64,000 nt of DNA from Salpingoeca rosetta (Eukaryota > Protista > Choanoflagellata). Below, piece after piece: positions 33,484 to 54,064 of the stretch. Under the pieces are notes generated by a model. It had not been told where the DNA came from and made no database searches. It saw only the letters and a list, made by a program, of their open reading frames with translations. Position 1 is the first letter of the stretch. The number at the start of each line of letters is the position of its first letter. Location of the stretch: positions 191,844-255,843 of the forward strand of contig JAWQFM010000027.1 in the NCBI GenBank assembly GCA_033442325.1, read 5' to 3'. The translations under genes were made by a program, and so were the position numbers.

Positions 33484-36400
33484 CTCTCTCTCTCTCTCTT
33501 CCTCCCAACAGAGAGACGCTCCGCAGCTTTGCGCTCGGCGGCGGGTTTGCGTTTGCGGAGGTGCACAACGGGCGCGGTGTGCTGTCCGGCGTGTTCCTCA
33601 ACGACGCGACGGGGGACCTTGCTCCTGTGTGGGAAGTGTTTGACTTCAACAACCGCGTCATGTCCTTCAGCGTCCTCCAGGCGTTTACGCAACCCTCACA
33701 CAGGTTCAAGCATGTGCCTACGTGTCAACATGCATGTCTGCGTTGCGATATTGTGCATCCCACCACCCCACTATTTTCTCTCCCTCCCTTTCACTCTCTC
33801 CCTTTCACTCCTCTCCCCAACCCTCACATGATCGCTCCCTTCACACCACCACGACCACCACCACGACCACCACGACCACCACCACCACCACCACCACCAC
33901 CACCACCACCATGGTAGATCGTATGCGGAGGTGGTGCAGCTGGACGATTCGCATTTCCTGCTCGCTGGCGGCGCGTCCCCTGGTCCCGACGACACGGCCT
34001 GGCTGCTCATTCCAGACAAACTCGACATACGCAAGCTGGGCGACATGCCCACGTTCGTCACGCGCCCCAACCCGCGAAACGCCGTGTTTGCGCGTTTCGG
34101 GTTCTGTCTCGTGAATGTTCCTGAGAGCGATGACGTGTTGATTGCCGGCGGCACGACGTCCAACCAGTACCCGGCCCTCGACGACTACTTCTTCCATGTG
34201 TAAGCTGCACCACTAGGATGTGGTGGCGATGTGTGTGTGGTTACATGTGCGTGCGTGCGTGCGTGCGTGTGTGTGCGTATGCGTGCGTGCGTGTGTGTGC
34301 GTATGCGTGCGTGCGTGTGTGTGCGTGCGTGCGTGTGTGCGCTTGCGGTTGTTTGCATAACGTGCACTGAGCGTTGCGCTTGCACTGCATTGTCTCCACG
34401 CCTTTCCCATAACTCCCCTCTCCCCACCTCTCACCTCTCCCCACATCCTCCCTCCGCCCACCACCTACCTCCCTCCGCAACTACAGGAGCTCTGCCAATG
34501 TGACGAGCCCCCTGGACGACAACCCGACGTACGCGTCGCTGCACATGTACGGCCACCGCTGCTTCAGGCGTGGCTCCACCGTCATTGCCGTTGGCGGTAT
34601 CCCGACTGGTGGTGCGAACGTCCCCGTCCTCGCCATGCCCCTGCTGCACTTCTGGACACCCCAGCAGGGGTGGGTTGGCTGCAATGTGCCCTCTGCAACG
34701 CACCAGCCGACGCTGGCGGCGATGGAGATGTTGCGCACACACAGCGACGGCAGAGAGGAAGTGGTCATCTTTGGCGGGTACAATGGCCGCGACAGTGCGC
34801 CGCAGGGCACGCACGACATGTTTGCGGTCGGCTGCCGCGTGCCGTGGGAGGCGTGCACGTGCGATGACGTCACCTTCCGGCAGATTGTTCCGGACCCGGA
34901 GAAGCTCATCCGAAACATCACCGTGCGGACGCTGCAGACGCTGGACGAGGACGCGTGGCCGGCGCCGCGATCCAGCGCGTGCAGTGCACAGGTGGGGGCG
35001 TCACGGCTCGTCATGCACGGCGGGCACATTGACGGCCGCCCTTGGCAGTCGACGTGGATGCTGGAGATGAACGAGGGCGAGCCAACGTGGTCTGAGATTG
35101 GCGATGACAACCGCGTGCCCACGCTGCGCCCTGACGCAACATATGGCGCGGCGTGCTTTGCACACAAGGGCGCGTTTGTTGCTGTTGGCGGTGCCGGTAA
35201 TGGGCGGCTGACAGACAGCATCCACGTGATGCGCCCCAGCTGCAACGCAGGGTGGGGCGTGGCGTCGTCGTTTCTCAACGAAACGTGCGCGCGGTGTGAC
35301 GAGTACTCCTTCCGAGCAGACCTGACGCAAGAAACGTGTACGCCCTGTCCTGTTGGCACGCGGCGGCAGAACGCAACAACTACGTTGGGCCTGAGCTCCA
35401 CGTCATGCCAGATGTGCGTGCCCGGGTATTGCGTGCATGCAACGCATCAGCAGATTGAGTTTGTCGAGAACAAGGCGCGCTGCCGCTGCCACTGTCGCTC
35501 GTTCTTCTACGGCGACAGGTGCAACAACGTCAGCACCCAGCGCGTGCTGCTCGTCACGCTGCTGCCACTGCTGCTGCTGGTCGCACTGCTGACGTCGGGG
35601 CGCGTGTACCGGTACTTCACGCGTCTGCGCACCACCTCCGCCCTGCAGCAGCGGCTGCTGAGTGAGAAGGACGATGAACTGCTTGAGCTGCACGCGTCGT
35701 GGGAGGTGAGCCCGGACGACCTCGTGTATCACCATCGACTCGGCGAGGGCGGGTTTGGCGAGGTGTGGCTGGCAACGTGGCTGGTGCGCGACGAGCGCGT
35801 TGCTGTGAAGAAGCTACACACGAACTTGCTGGACGAGGAGACCATGCACGCCTTTGAGGGCGAGATTCGCTTCATGAAGACCCTCAGGCACCGGTCAGTC
35901 TTGTTGTTGCGTTGTTGCGTTGTTGCGTTGTTACGTTGTTGTGTTGGTGTGTTGCGTTGTGTTGTGTTGTGTTGCGTTGCGTTGTGTTGTGTTTGTGTTG
36001 TGTTGTGTTGTAGGCCGTGCTGCGTAATGCTGTGCTGCTTGTGTGTTGTGTGTGTCTGCGTGTGAGTGTGACTCGCTGTTGCTTGCGCGCTCGTTTGTCT
36101 CCTCTCTCCAAGTTCAAACCACACCAGCTCACTTGCGCCAATTCTTTCGTTTTGTCTCGACCACCACCACCACCCCACCACCACCACGTCCAGCAACGTC
36201 GTGTTCTTCCTCGGCGCGTATGTTGGCGGGTCGGAGTCGTTGATTGTGATGGAATACGTGCAGCGCGGCTCACTCCACGACCACATCCACAACACCAGCA
36301 GCAGCAGTGGCACCAGCGGCAGTGGCAGCGCCATCACCCAGCGGCGGCGTGTTGCGTTTATGCGGGACACGGCGTGTGGCATGGAGTACCTGCACGGGCT

Positions 36401-37547
36401 CAACCCGCCGCGCATCCACCGGGACTTGAAGAGTATGAACCTGCTGGTGACGGACAACTGGGTGGTGAAGGTGGCTGATTTCACCACGGCGAAGAAGCTG
36501 CTGTGCAAGACAAACAGTGCACAGGACACACGCCGCAACAGGCGCAGAGGTGCCAACCCAAGCACCAGCACCAGCACTGGTGGTGATGATGATAATGGCA
36601 GCAGTAACGGTGGTGGTGGCGGTGTTGGGTGGCGGTTGAAGCGTCGTTTCACAAGCAGTGTTGCTGATGTTGCTGATGCTGGTGGTGATGGTGATGGTGG
36701 TGCTGGTGACGGCGATGATGGGAGTGGCGCAGACAGCAGCGCCAGCACCACGCCCAACAACACGGGCAGCGTGTTCAGCAGCAACAACAGCACTACCACC
36801 AACAGCAACAGCAGCAACAACAACACCAACCAGGCGCCTGGTGCGCAAATGCCCGACGCAAATGCGCGCGTGTATGTGAACACGACGAGCACATATGGAA
36901 CACTGCACTGGTCGGCGCCAGAAGTGCTGGCGGGACAGCCCTACTCGCTCGCTGTGGACGTGTACAGCTTTGGGCTGGTCATGTGGGAGACGCTTGCACG
37001 CGACGTGCCGTATGCAGAGTACAGATTCTTTGGGCAGTTGCGCGATGCTGTTGTGGACAGGAGGGAGCGGCCTGCCTGTCCACCTTCTTTATTGGAAAGG
37101 GGGCGTGGTGACGACGGTGTTGATGAGGAGCGTGCGAGGGCGGTTGATGACGCATACGTGTCGCTGATGCAGCGTTGCTGGGTGCACGAGCCGACACAAC
37201 GACCAACGTTCACGCAAGTGTCACAGGAGCTGCAGGCGATGGTGCAGCAGCTGGGCGGGGAGCGCCACACCAACAGCCACACTCATCACAGTGGCAACAG
37301 AAATGGTGGTGGTGGTTGTGGTGGTGGTGTGAGTAGCAAGCGTCAAAGCGGGCCGTTTGGGCCCATGTTCCATGGCAGCAGCAGACGGGCGAAGCGCAAG
37401 GATGGCGGTGATGGTGGTAATGGCGGCGGTCATGGAGATGGTGGTGGTTACGGCGGTGGTCGTGGGGATGGTGGTCGTGGTCGTGGTGAAGTGCTGGTGG
37501 ATTTGCGGGACGATCAAACGGTCACAGCCCGCTCAACAGAGCTGTGA
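31654..37547 (+). CDS. Receptor TKL kinase with Kelch-repeat, Cys-rich (Eph/GCC-like) and EGF-like ectodomain
   Basis: Signal peptide [18 protein letters not shown]. Kelch motifs [35 protein letters not shown] and [12 protein letters not shown]. Cys-rich [18 protein letters not shown] and EGF-like [32 protein letters not shown]. Kinase motifs [31 protein letters not shown] and [12 protein letters not shown]; stop at 37547. Confidence 0.9.
31911..31985 (+). repeat. 27-bp coding tandem repeat (DIIHNDNSN x~2.5)
   Basis: cgacatcatccacaacgacaacagcaa repeated directly after the RIKR site. Confidence 0.9.
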
Positions 37548-38078
37548 CACACACCCACACACACATGTACTTGTTCTTGTTCTTGTGATTGTTTCAGAAA
37601 GAGGCCAGCTTCCTGTGGTGTCGTGTGTGTATCATGTATCATGTAATTATTGCTTGGAAGGGCACGTGGATTTCAGGCAGCAAGCACGGACACTCGTATT
37701 ATCTCCGCCGCATTCCTTGATTTACGAGTTGTGTCGCGTGTTGTTCACTCGTGTGTGCAGTGATGATTTCGGGGTTGAGAGGAGTGCAGTGATGTGATGT
37801 GATGTGACGTGACGTGGGAATTTAGGTGGTGCCGTGGCCGTGTGCTTTCAGCTCGTTGCGTTCGATTGTGTTATTGGTGAACACTGACGTGACGCACACG
37901 CATTCGTACCCATACATACGTACATACACGCGGATAGGATGAGCATAACTTGTCGTGATCTGGTGTTGCGTGAGACACCTGGGGACGGTGAACCGGGGGA
38001 AGAAGGGGAGAAGGGAAGGGGAGGTGGTGATGGAGGGAAGAGAAGAGCAGCCACGCACGTGTGCGACACCCGGCACAG

Positions 38079-38082
<4 letters not shown>

Positions 38083-38169
<87 letters not shown>
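38083..38169 (+). repeat. (GA)n microsatellite between two convergent 3' ends
   Basis: About 43 perfect units. Confidence 0.95.
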
Positions 38170-38172
<3 letters not shown>

Positions 38173-38224
38173 ACACACGAAAACAGACGCACATGTACAG
38201 ACACACACCCACACACGTGTTTAT

Positions 38225-38496
38225 TCAGCTTGACACGACGGAGAGGAGCCAGTCCCAGGCGCGGCGGGCTGTTGCTGGCGTCTTCTTCACGATATCCGAG
38301 GCCTGCGCACATTTGAGGTGGTGGGTGGATTGGTGCATGTGATTGGTTGGTTGGTGAGTTGGTTGGTTGGTGGGTCGGTTGGGGGGAGAGGAGAAAGTGG
38401 GGGATGCAGGTGAGAGAAGAGAACTCGTGGGGAGGAAGGCCGTACCATCATTCTGGAAGCAACCAAGCATAAGCCTCACTCATGTGGGCGTAACGG

Positions 38497-38540
<44 letters not shown>

Positions 38541-38767
38541 GACAGACACAACCACCCACCTTGTCCACAGTCCGCCTGCTGAGGAGGACATCATACGCTC
38601 TGCCAAAGCTCTGTGCTTGCTGCTCTGCACCCCGTTTCACGCGTTCAACCACATCTGCACGTACACATGTATGGGTGAGGAAGCGAAAGTGAAGCCATCG
38701 TGATGTGCAATGTATGCCCCGGCGACGTAAAAAACGGGTGTTAAGGCAGACAGACAGACAGACAGAC

Positions 38768-38865
<98 letters not shown>

Positions 38866-39118
38866 CCATACCTTTGCGGAGCTGGCTGTCCTTATCGAAA
38901 AAGGTGGCAACGGTGTCTGCGATTCTGAGACCCCTGGAGATGCCAGTTGACACCATGTCGTCCCCAGCTGGCGTGTTGCCGTTCTCAGTACCGCTGTTCC
39001 TCCCCATCGTTGTCCATGGTGCCTGGGCATTGCTGCGTTGGCCGGTGGTGTCGTGTTGCTGTTGGCGCTGCTGTGTATCATTTGGGTTGCGCTTGTCGTC
39101 TTCATCTTGCGATATCCG

Positions 39119-39160
<42 letters not shown>

Positions 39161-39462
39161 TTGTTGGTGGTCACTGTACCGATCTTGCTGTTGTTGTGCT
39201 GCTTCGCGCCATCGTTTCCTTACTTCGGCCAGGTCCCGCTGTGTCTGTTTGGCTGCCTCTTGCTCCTCTGCCTGCCTGTCACGTGCTTCCTGTTCCTGTT
39301 GCTGGCGCAACTGATCATACTGCGCTTTCTCCTCCTTTGTGACGCTGCACACACACACGCATATGTGATGGCAAGCACCAATGCCATGTTAGACACGAGA
39401 GCCGAACAAAATTTGTTTGTGTGTTGTGTGTGTCTGTGAGTGTGCGTGTGTGTGTGTGTCTG

Positions 39463-39525
<63 letters not shown>

Positions 39526-40033
39526 GACGTGAACAGGCAGACAGGCAGACAAGCGGACAGACTCACCTTTGCACAACAACGGTGAAGGTGCCTGTTGAAT
39601 ACTCTGAAGGGTGGACCTGCTTCAGCTGTCACACGTTCGGGGACGATGCAGCATTCACGGCTCCACACATGAGTGCATGCAATGAAACGACGTGCACACG
39701 GAATGGAGCAAGTAGGCGCATAAGCTCACACAGACACACAGACACACACAGACACACAGACACACAGACACAGACACACAGACACACAGACGCACACACA
39801 GACGCACAGACAGACAGACACACACACACACACACAGACACACATACCGCGTGAACAAAGAGGACGCCGAGGCACGAGCCACGTTGCTCCGCGGTTGGTT
39901 GGTGCATCCAATAGCCCAGACACATCTGCGAGATGGGCGAGTTTGAGCCACCACCACCACTGATGCTGCCGCTGTTTGAGTCATCCTTGTTGGTGGTGTT
40001 GCCGTCGTTGTTGTCGTTGTTGGACCTTGCCAT
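38225..40033 (-). CDS. Hypothetical protein (5 exons; coiled-coil/polyQ middle, amphipathic C-terminal helix)
   Basis: Phase-compatible GT-AG exons: MARSNN...[25 protein letters not shown]|[19 protein letters not shown]|[15 protein letters not shown]...[10 protein letters not shown]|DVVERVKRG...TVDK|[25 protein letters not shown]. Confidence 0.65.
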
Positions 40034-40849
40034 GATGGCTGACGTTCGAAAGGTGTGAGGGGTTGGTGTGTGTCGTTGTCGTTGTCGTTGTCGCAGAAGT
40101 GTGTGAGTGCGGAGATTCGATTGCTGCCTGTTGTGTGTTGTTGTGTTGATGTTTCCGTGCGCACATTTTTGCTGAGTCAGCACTTTCGCGCCGATCCAAG
40201 TGGAAAAACGCAAAGCAGCAGCAGAGACAAGAAGAACACAAACAAGCAGCCAGCCAGCAGCGTAAGGTTGGTGCACCCTGAGCACCACCCAACAAGGCCA
40301 CCACTCAACAAGACCACCACCCAGCCAGCAGCACGGTCGCCACTGATCGTGTGGTTGATGGCTGTGTTGTTGATTGTTGCGTGTGGTGGATGGAGGCCTT
40401 GGTGTGATTTTTGTTTTTTGTTGGCCAGGGAGAGCGTTGTCGCCATCTCGTGACACATTGCATCGTATCCCCATCATATTCGTTCGTCATCCTCATCATA
40501 TCATTTCACCACATCAAACAAACCAAACCAAACCAAACCAAAACAAGCAAGCAGACACGTGCATCATGCATGTATGCGCCCACTCTACCTGCGAGTGCCG
40601 CCTTTTCTCACGTCACATTAAATCAACCGCGCACTGTTTGTTTGTTTGATTGTTTGTTTCTTCGTTGCAGGACCTGAGCTCAAGTCAACTTGCTCTTCTG
40701 CTCACGCACGCGCGTGCGCTTCTCGATCGCCCCAGAACCATGTCCACTCCCGGTATGTCCGTGATTGAGCGTCGCTGTTGTAGACGTTGTGTATATCCGT
40801 GAAGTTGATCGATCACATGTGCACACACTCATATGTGCACACATGTGTT

Positions 40850-40944
<95 letters not shown>

Positions 40945-42008
40945 CACGAACCTCATGCATTGCCGCCATTAGATGATGCCACAGGAGTGGCAGCGTTAGA
41001 TAGCCCCGTCCCAAAGCCAAGGTGAGCAAGCAGTGGCGATGTTGACGGGTGTTTCCATGAAGCATTGACTGGCGTTGTTTCGCCCTTCACGAAAACAATC
41101 ATACTCACGCTTCAACCGTTCCTCTTCGGCGCAAACCTTCGCCGCTTCACCCCCTCTGCCCACCTTTGACCTTCCTGTACATGGCAGGCCGCGACCTCGA
41201 CCGCGCGGCCGCAACAGCGCACCAAGCGAGTCCTCTGAGGGCGCGCACATGTCGGACGCGGAGCAGGAGCCTGTATCCGATGCCGAAGCAGCGCAGGGAG
41301 ACACCACAGGCACAGACTCAGACGCAGCACCCCCGTACGTCCCGTTGCGTGTGTGTATGTGTGTGTGTGTGTGAGTGTGAGTGAGTGAGTGTGTGTGTGT
41401 GTGTGTGTGAGTTTGGTTTGGTTGGATTTGTATGGTTGTGATGCTGTGTGCTGTTGAACCTGTATGTCGCTGCTCACGCCAACACCCCATTCATTCATAC
41501 ATTGCCTACATGCACAACCACCACCACCACCACCACCACCACCACCACCACCACCAGCCCGCCGCTGCCGACGCGGGAGGGCCGCAAACCGCTCGAGGAA
41601 GAGAAGAAGAAGATCAGAGTTCGTCGCCGCCCAAACAAGTGAGCACGTGTGCCGCGACCCTGTACTTTTTTTTTTTTGTGTGTGTGTGTGTTGTGTGTGT
41701 GTTGTGTGTGTGTTTTGTGTGTTGTGTGTGGGATTCCTGTGTTTGTTGCAACTGTTTCCACTTTCGTCAATGTGCGTGCATGTGTGTTCGTTTGTCACTC
41801 ATTCGCGCATTTCTTTGTGTGTCGTCGTGCCCCCTGCAGATTGAAGGAAAAGCCAACCCGACCACCGCCACCAGCACCAGGTGTGAACGCCACTTGAGCC
41901 CTTGCTCGCTTGTTCGACATGCGCACACACGCGTGTGTGACAATCATTCTCCCTCAATGAATCACTTGCACCTTTCATCTGTCACACACACACACACACA
42001 CACTCACT

Positions 42009-42096
<88 letters not shown>

Positions 42097-42868
42097 CTCA
42101 CACACACACACACACTCACAACCACCACCACCACTCACAACCACTTGTGCAGGGCCAGCGGGCAGCGAGCCGAGCACACCAACGGCAGCCGCCACCACAC
42201 CGCCAGCCAAGCCACCAGCACCAACACCATCATCACCAACCAGCGACTCAGCGCCATCAACAACAGCAACAACAACAGAACCACCAGCACCGTCATCATC
42301 ATCACCAACAGCCACAGCCACGACAGAGGAGATGTACGAGAATGTTGATGATGCAGCAAACGCCATCCAGCGCATGTCGCGTTTGCGGCAGTCCCAGACA
42401 CAGGGCGATTACGTGGCACCTGTCGACGTGAGTCGTGTTGTGTGTGCGTGTGTGTGTGAGTGTGAGTGTGTGAGTGTGTGTGAGTGTGAGAGTGTGTGAG
42501 TGTGTGAGTGTGTGAGTACAAAGACAAGGAGTGTTGATGGTGGTGGAGAGAGGAGGGATGGTGGTGGGTGGATGTGCGCATGATCTTGGGAACGATGAAG
42601 CGTTCTTCTAATGTCATGCACATGTCATTCCGTGCGTGCGTGTTGCGCTGCCTCCCAACACTCATTTCTCACACGACACCACTCGACACCACCATCCTCC
42701 ACGTTACCACACTACCTATGTGCCTGCCAGCCGGTTGTGCCAACAGCAGCGCCACCACCGCGACCGAACCGACGACCACCGCCTACCATCAACGACACCA
42801 CTCCGGCTGACAAGGACGCTGACAACGCTGGCGATGGTGGTGATGATGGTGATGGTGTTGGTGATGGA

Positions 42869-42984
42869 AATGGTGGTGTGCGAACAGCGACAACACACGG
42901 CCCTTCAACAGCAGACGGTGGTGATGGTAATGGTGGTGTGCGAACAGCGACAACACACGGCCCTTCAACAGCAGACGGTGGTGA
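42869..42984 (+). repeat. 60-bp coding tandem duplication (NGGVRTATTHGPSTADGG x2) in the adaptor gene
   Basis: aatggtggtgtgcgaacagcgacaacacacggcccttcaacagcagacggtggtga occurs at 42869 and 42929. Confidence 0.95.
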
Positions 42985-43730
42985 ACTCATCTACGTGTGT
43001 GTGTGCGCCTGCGTATGTGTGTGTGTGTGTATGTGTGTGCAATCGTTTGTGCAATCGTTTGTGCAATCGTTTGTGCAATCGTTTGTGCCTGTGCGTGCGC
43101 GTGTGTGTTGGGAACATGAGTGCCCATGTCTTGTGAGCTCTCATTCCCCTCCCCGCTGTGTCTTCATCTCCTCACTTCACCGTGCGATTGGCGCATAGGC
43201 GTTGAAATGAGCAAGAACGACAAAGCAGCAGCAGCAGCAGAAGCCGCCACCACCGCCGACGAAAAGAGCGGTGATGGCGATGCAGACAGCACGTCAGCAA
43301 CAGAGACACAGAAGGCGTCCGCAGCCACAGACGCGGGTGGTGATCGTGCTGCTCAAAGCGACGGTGATGGTGATGATGATGCGAATCCGCCGGCGCCACC
43401 AGCGCCGTACAAAGCAGAGGACGAGGAACAGGTGAGGTGGTGGTGGTGGTGGTGGTGGTGGCTGTTGTTGTCGTGGTTGTCGTCGTCGTAGTAGTGATGG
43501 TGTTGTTTGTTTTGGTGGTGGTGGCCGTATTTCTTGGGGTTCGCTTCATTCAGTCACATACATGCATGCATGCGTGGTCTCGCTGCATGCTCGTCACATC
43601 ACGTGCTCACCGCGCATGCTCGCATGTGTGTATGTGTGTATGTGTTTGTGTATCTAGAGCGAATCACAATCGCAACCACAATCCCCGGCTGACCTCGTGG
43701 TGAGAACACACGCACATACACACACACACG

Positions 43731-43766
<36 letters not shown>

Positions 43767-44763
43767 GGTGCTGATGCACATACACGCGCAACTGCGATGT
43801 GTTAGTCCTTGTTGCTTCGCCCGTGCACCGCCATCTCATCACCACCATCACCACCACCACCACCATCACTACCATCACCACCACCATCATCATCACCATC
43901 ACCACCCCCGTCGCCGTCGTCAGAGCCCCAAGATGAAGAAGAAGCGGTCGTGGCCAAATCTCTTTGGCCGAAAGCAGAAAGCAGCCGACTCAAACGAAGA
44001 GGCAGAGGTGAGAAGGGTGTGTGTGTGTCCGTGTGTGTCGTGATTATGTGTGTGTTTGTGTCGTGTTGTGCCAAGAGCACATAACCACCGCTTCATTGCT
44101 TGTCACCACTCGCACCATCATCACCACCACGCACTCACCATGCACTCACCACGCACTCACCACCACCACCACCACCAGTTCCTGTCGAAGGTGAAGGGTG
44201 ACTCTGCGACGATGGGTGTTGCTATTGCCTCAAAGGCGGTGACCAAGACCAAGTCCACAAACTACCTCACCCTGGCGCCAAACGAAAAGCTCGACATCCT
44301 CGAGATGAAGGCCTGCCCTCGGTCAGTTACCTGACACATGCACACTTGCTATCACACGCACACACACACATGCTATCACACACACACACTTGCTATCACA
44401 CACAGACACATGCACAGACATACACAGACACACATGCAAACACATGCAAGTGCCTTGGTCTTGCTTGTTCTGTGGTGCTGTTGATGTGCTGGTATATCAC
44501 TGATTTGTCCCACTCGCTCCCATTCTCACTCCCATCCACCACCACCACCACCTCACGTCCAGCGGCACGTGGGTGTGCAAGAATGCGTCTGGGATGATTG
44601 GATTTGTGATGACCACGGACGTGACGCTGGATGCGCAGTCCGTTCGCGGGTTCCTCGACGCAATCCCAAAGCCGCAAAGGGTATGTGGCGCTAATGAGGA
44701 CGGCTGGTGGTCAGAGGAGTTGTGATTGGCTGGCAACTATTGGTGTGTGCAAGCCATACCTGT

Positions 44764-44859
<96 letters not shown>

Positions 44860-46006
44860 ATGCGCCACGACTGCACGCTGCCGTCGGGCGAGCACAGGCG
44901 CAGGTGTCTGCGGAAGGGCTTCCGATTGAGACGCTCTCATCCTCTGCCGGCATCAACGTGCTGCCCACGGAGCAGTGCCAGATCAAGGCGAAGCAGGCGA
45001 GTGAGGCAACACAGCGGCTGCTGGGCACGCCGGGCGGTGCCAGTGATTCTGACAAGGCGGAAGGTGATGGTGATGGCGATGGCGATGGTGGTGGTGATGG
45101 TGAAGATGATGGTGCCGAGGCAAAGGCGGAGAGTGGTGAAAAGGAAGGAGAAGAAGCGAGTAGTGACGCAACAGCAACAGCGGCAGCAACGGAGGATGAG
45201 GCAAGCGGCGACAAGCAAACCGACAGCGACCAGCAGAAGTCGAGCGATGAAGACACATCAGAAGCCAACACGGACAGCGCCACCGACACCACAACCAAGC
45301 GCGCCCCAAGTCCCGGTTACGACCGTCTCGCGTTCCCTGCGAAAGGCGGCAGCGGCAGCGGTGGTGTTAATGGCGATGGTGGTGGTGATGGTGATAGTGA
45401 GGCCATCCCCGAGGACACATATGCCGTGCCCGATGAGCTGACGGGCGCTGAGCCGTCGGGGCTCATGTACGATGACACGCCAATCACTGCACCGGTTAGT
45501 CGCAGACGTGATGTGTGTGTGTGTATGTGTGCATGTGTGTGTGTTTTTTTTTGTTGTGTGTGTGTGTGTGTGTGCATGCGTGCGTGCATGCGTGCGTGGT
45601 CTGTGTGTTGTATTGATGCGGTTGTTGCTACCTTGCACGAACCCTCACTGTCACCATCACCGCGTCCCTGCCAGGGAGCCGATGACATGTACGAGGCCGT
45701 GACGGATGCGCTTGGAAGTGCTCCCTCCACCCAGCCCCCGCCCGTCCCAGCACCGCGCAAGCAGAGCGGTATGCGTGTCATGTGGGATGTTTGTGTGTGC
45801 GTGTGCGTGTGTGCGTGCGTGTGGGTGGTCGTGTGGGGGGGGGGGGGTGATTTGTGTGGGTGATTTGTGCGTGTGTGCATGTGTGATTTATGAGATTTGT
45901 TTCAGTGTGCGCGTGTTTCAGCGTCTGTGTTGATTCTGTTGCATTTGTTGCTCACAAGATGTTGCAACGTGTCGTTTGTGATGGCAGAGCCTGTCATGGA
46001 GCCTTT

Positions 46007-52896
<6,890 letters not shown>

Positions 52897-54064
52897 GGCT
52901 GCACAAGCATGCACAGTTGATGGGTAAAAGAGGATGTGCGTGGGTGAAGGAGAAGCGGCAGAGAAGAGAAGAAGAAAGAGGAGAAGAAGAGAAGAAGAAG
53001 AAGGGGGAAGCAGACAATCCTCCCTTTGCTTCCCCTTTGTCTTGTCCGTCTGTTGCGCTGCGCTCTGTTGGCCTTGCGGTGGTGGTGGTGGTCCTTGGTT
53101 TGGTGGTGTGGGGGTGTGTTTTCGCCCACCTCCTCCTCCTCCGCCAAATTCCTGCCTGAAATTAGGCAAACCTGACTTGCAAAGGCAAACTTGCTCTTCA
53201 CCGCAGGTTGTGCGGTCGAGTGCTTGTGTGTGTGTGTGTGCGTGTGTTCCACTGATGCTGCTGCCGCTTCTTGCGCTCATGTCAACAAGCACCATCACCA
53301 TACGCACCGCTTGCACTCGCATCATCGCCGTTGTCAGGCTCGCTCTCAGTTACAGTGACAGTTTGGTTGTGGGGGTGTTTATTTCATGAGAGCGTAACAA
53401 TAGCGCTCGGCAAAAGGTTGTCTGTGGTGACATGGAAAGTATAGTGATAGTGGCATATGGCTTCGCGGTCGCAAAAAGCAATGAAGAAAGCGATGGAAAG
53501 AAACCAGAGTCGCTCAGATCACCACTTGCAGCACGCACACGCACACAAACACACTTCTCACCACCATTAAGCAATAGATCAAGCCATGCACAGCAAGCGG
53601 GCACTACTGCGTGATAGCAGGCAAAAAGGCATCATCGAGAGATGATGAGTGTGCGCGAAGTGGTTGTCAACCACAAAACGCCAAAGGAACGGGAACAAAA
53701 GAAGAAGAAGAAGAAAAAAAAGGCAGTGTCGAAGGTAGAGAACGAACGAAGGGCGGCTTGCTGGACTCTCCGAGAGAGAAGAAACAGCAGCGGCAGCAGC
53801 TGGTTGTTAACGAGAAAAGAGAGAAAGGGAGAAAGCACGAACGAGGGGAAACGGGAAGAGCTAAACAAGGGATCGTCGCAGGTTGTTGGTCGTTGCTGTT
53901 GTCGTCTTAGTTGGGAGAGCGGGGCAAAGAACGGAACGTGTTAACTTGGGGGAAGGTGTCGTCGTCATTGTTCTTGTTGTTGTTGGTATTGATGTTGTTG
54001 AAGTTGGCGGGTTGTCTATTAGATTTCTGGTTGCGGGGGGATGGCCCTGTCTTGGGCGTTCCAA

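Noticed and set aside
43037-43088. gtgcaatcgttt x4, plus cacacatgcatt x4 (~57855-57908) and ggaaggcag repeats (161-208), as possible CRISPR-like arrays
   Set aside because: Head-to-tail minisatellites with no spacers and no cas genes, inside eukaryotic introns.
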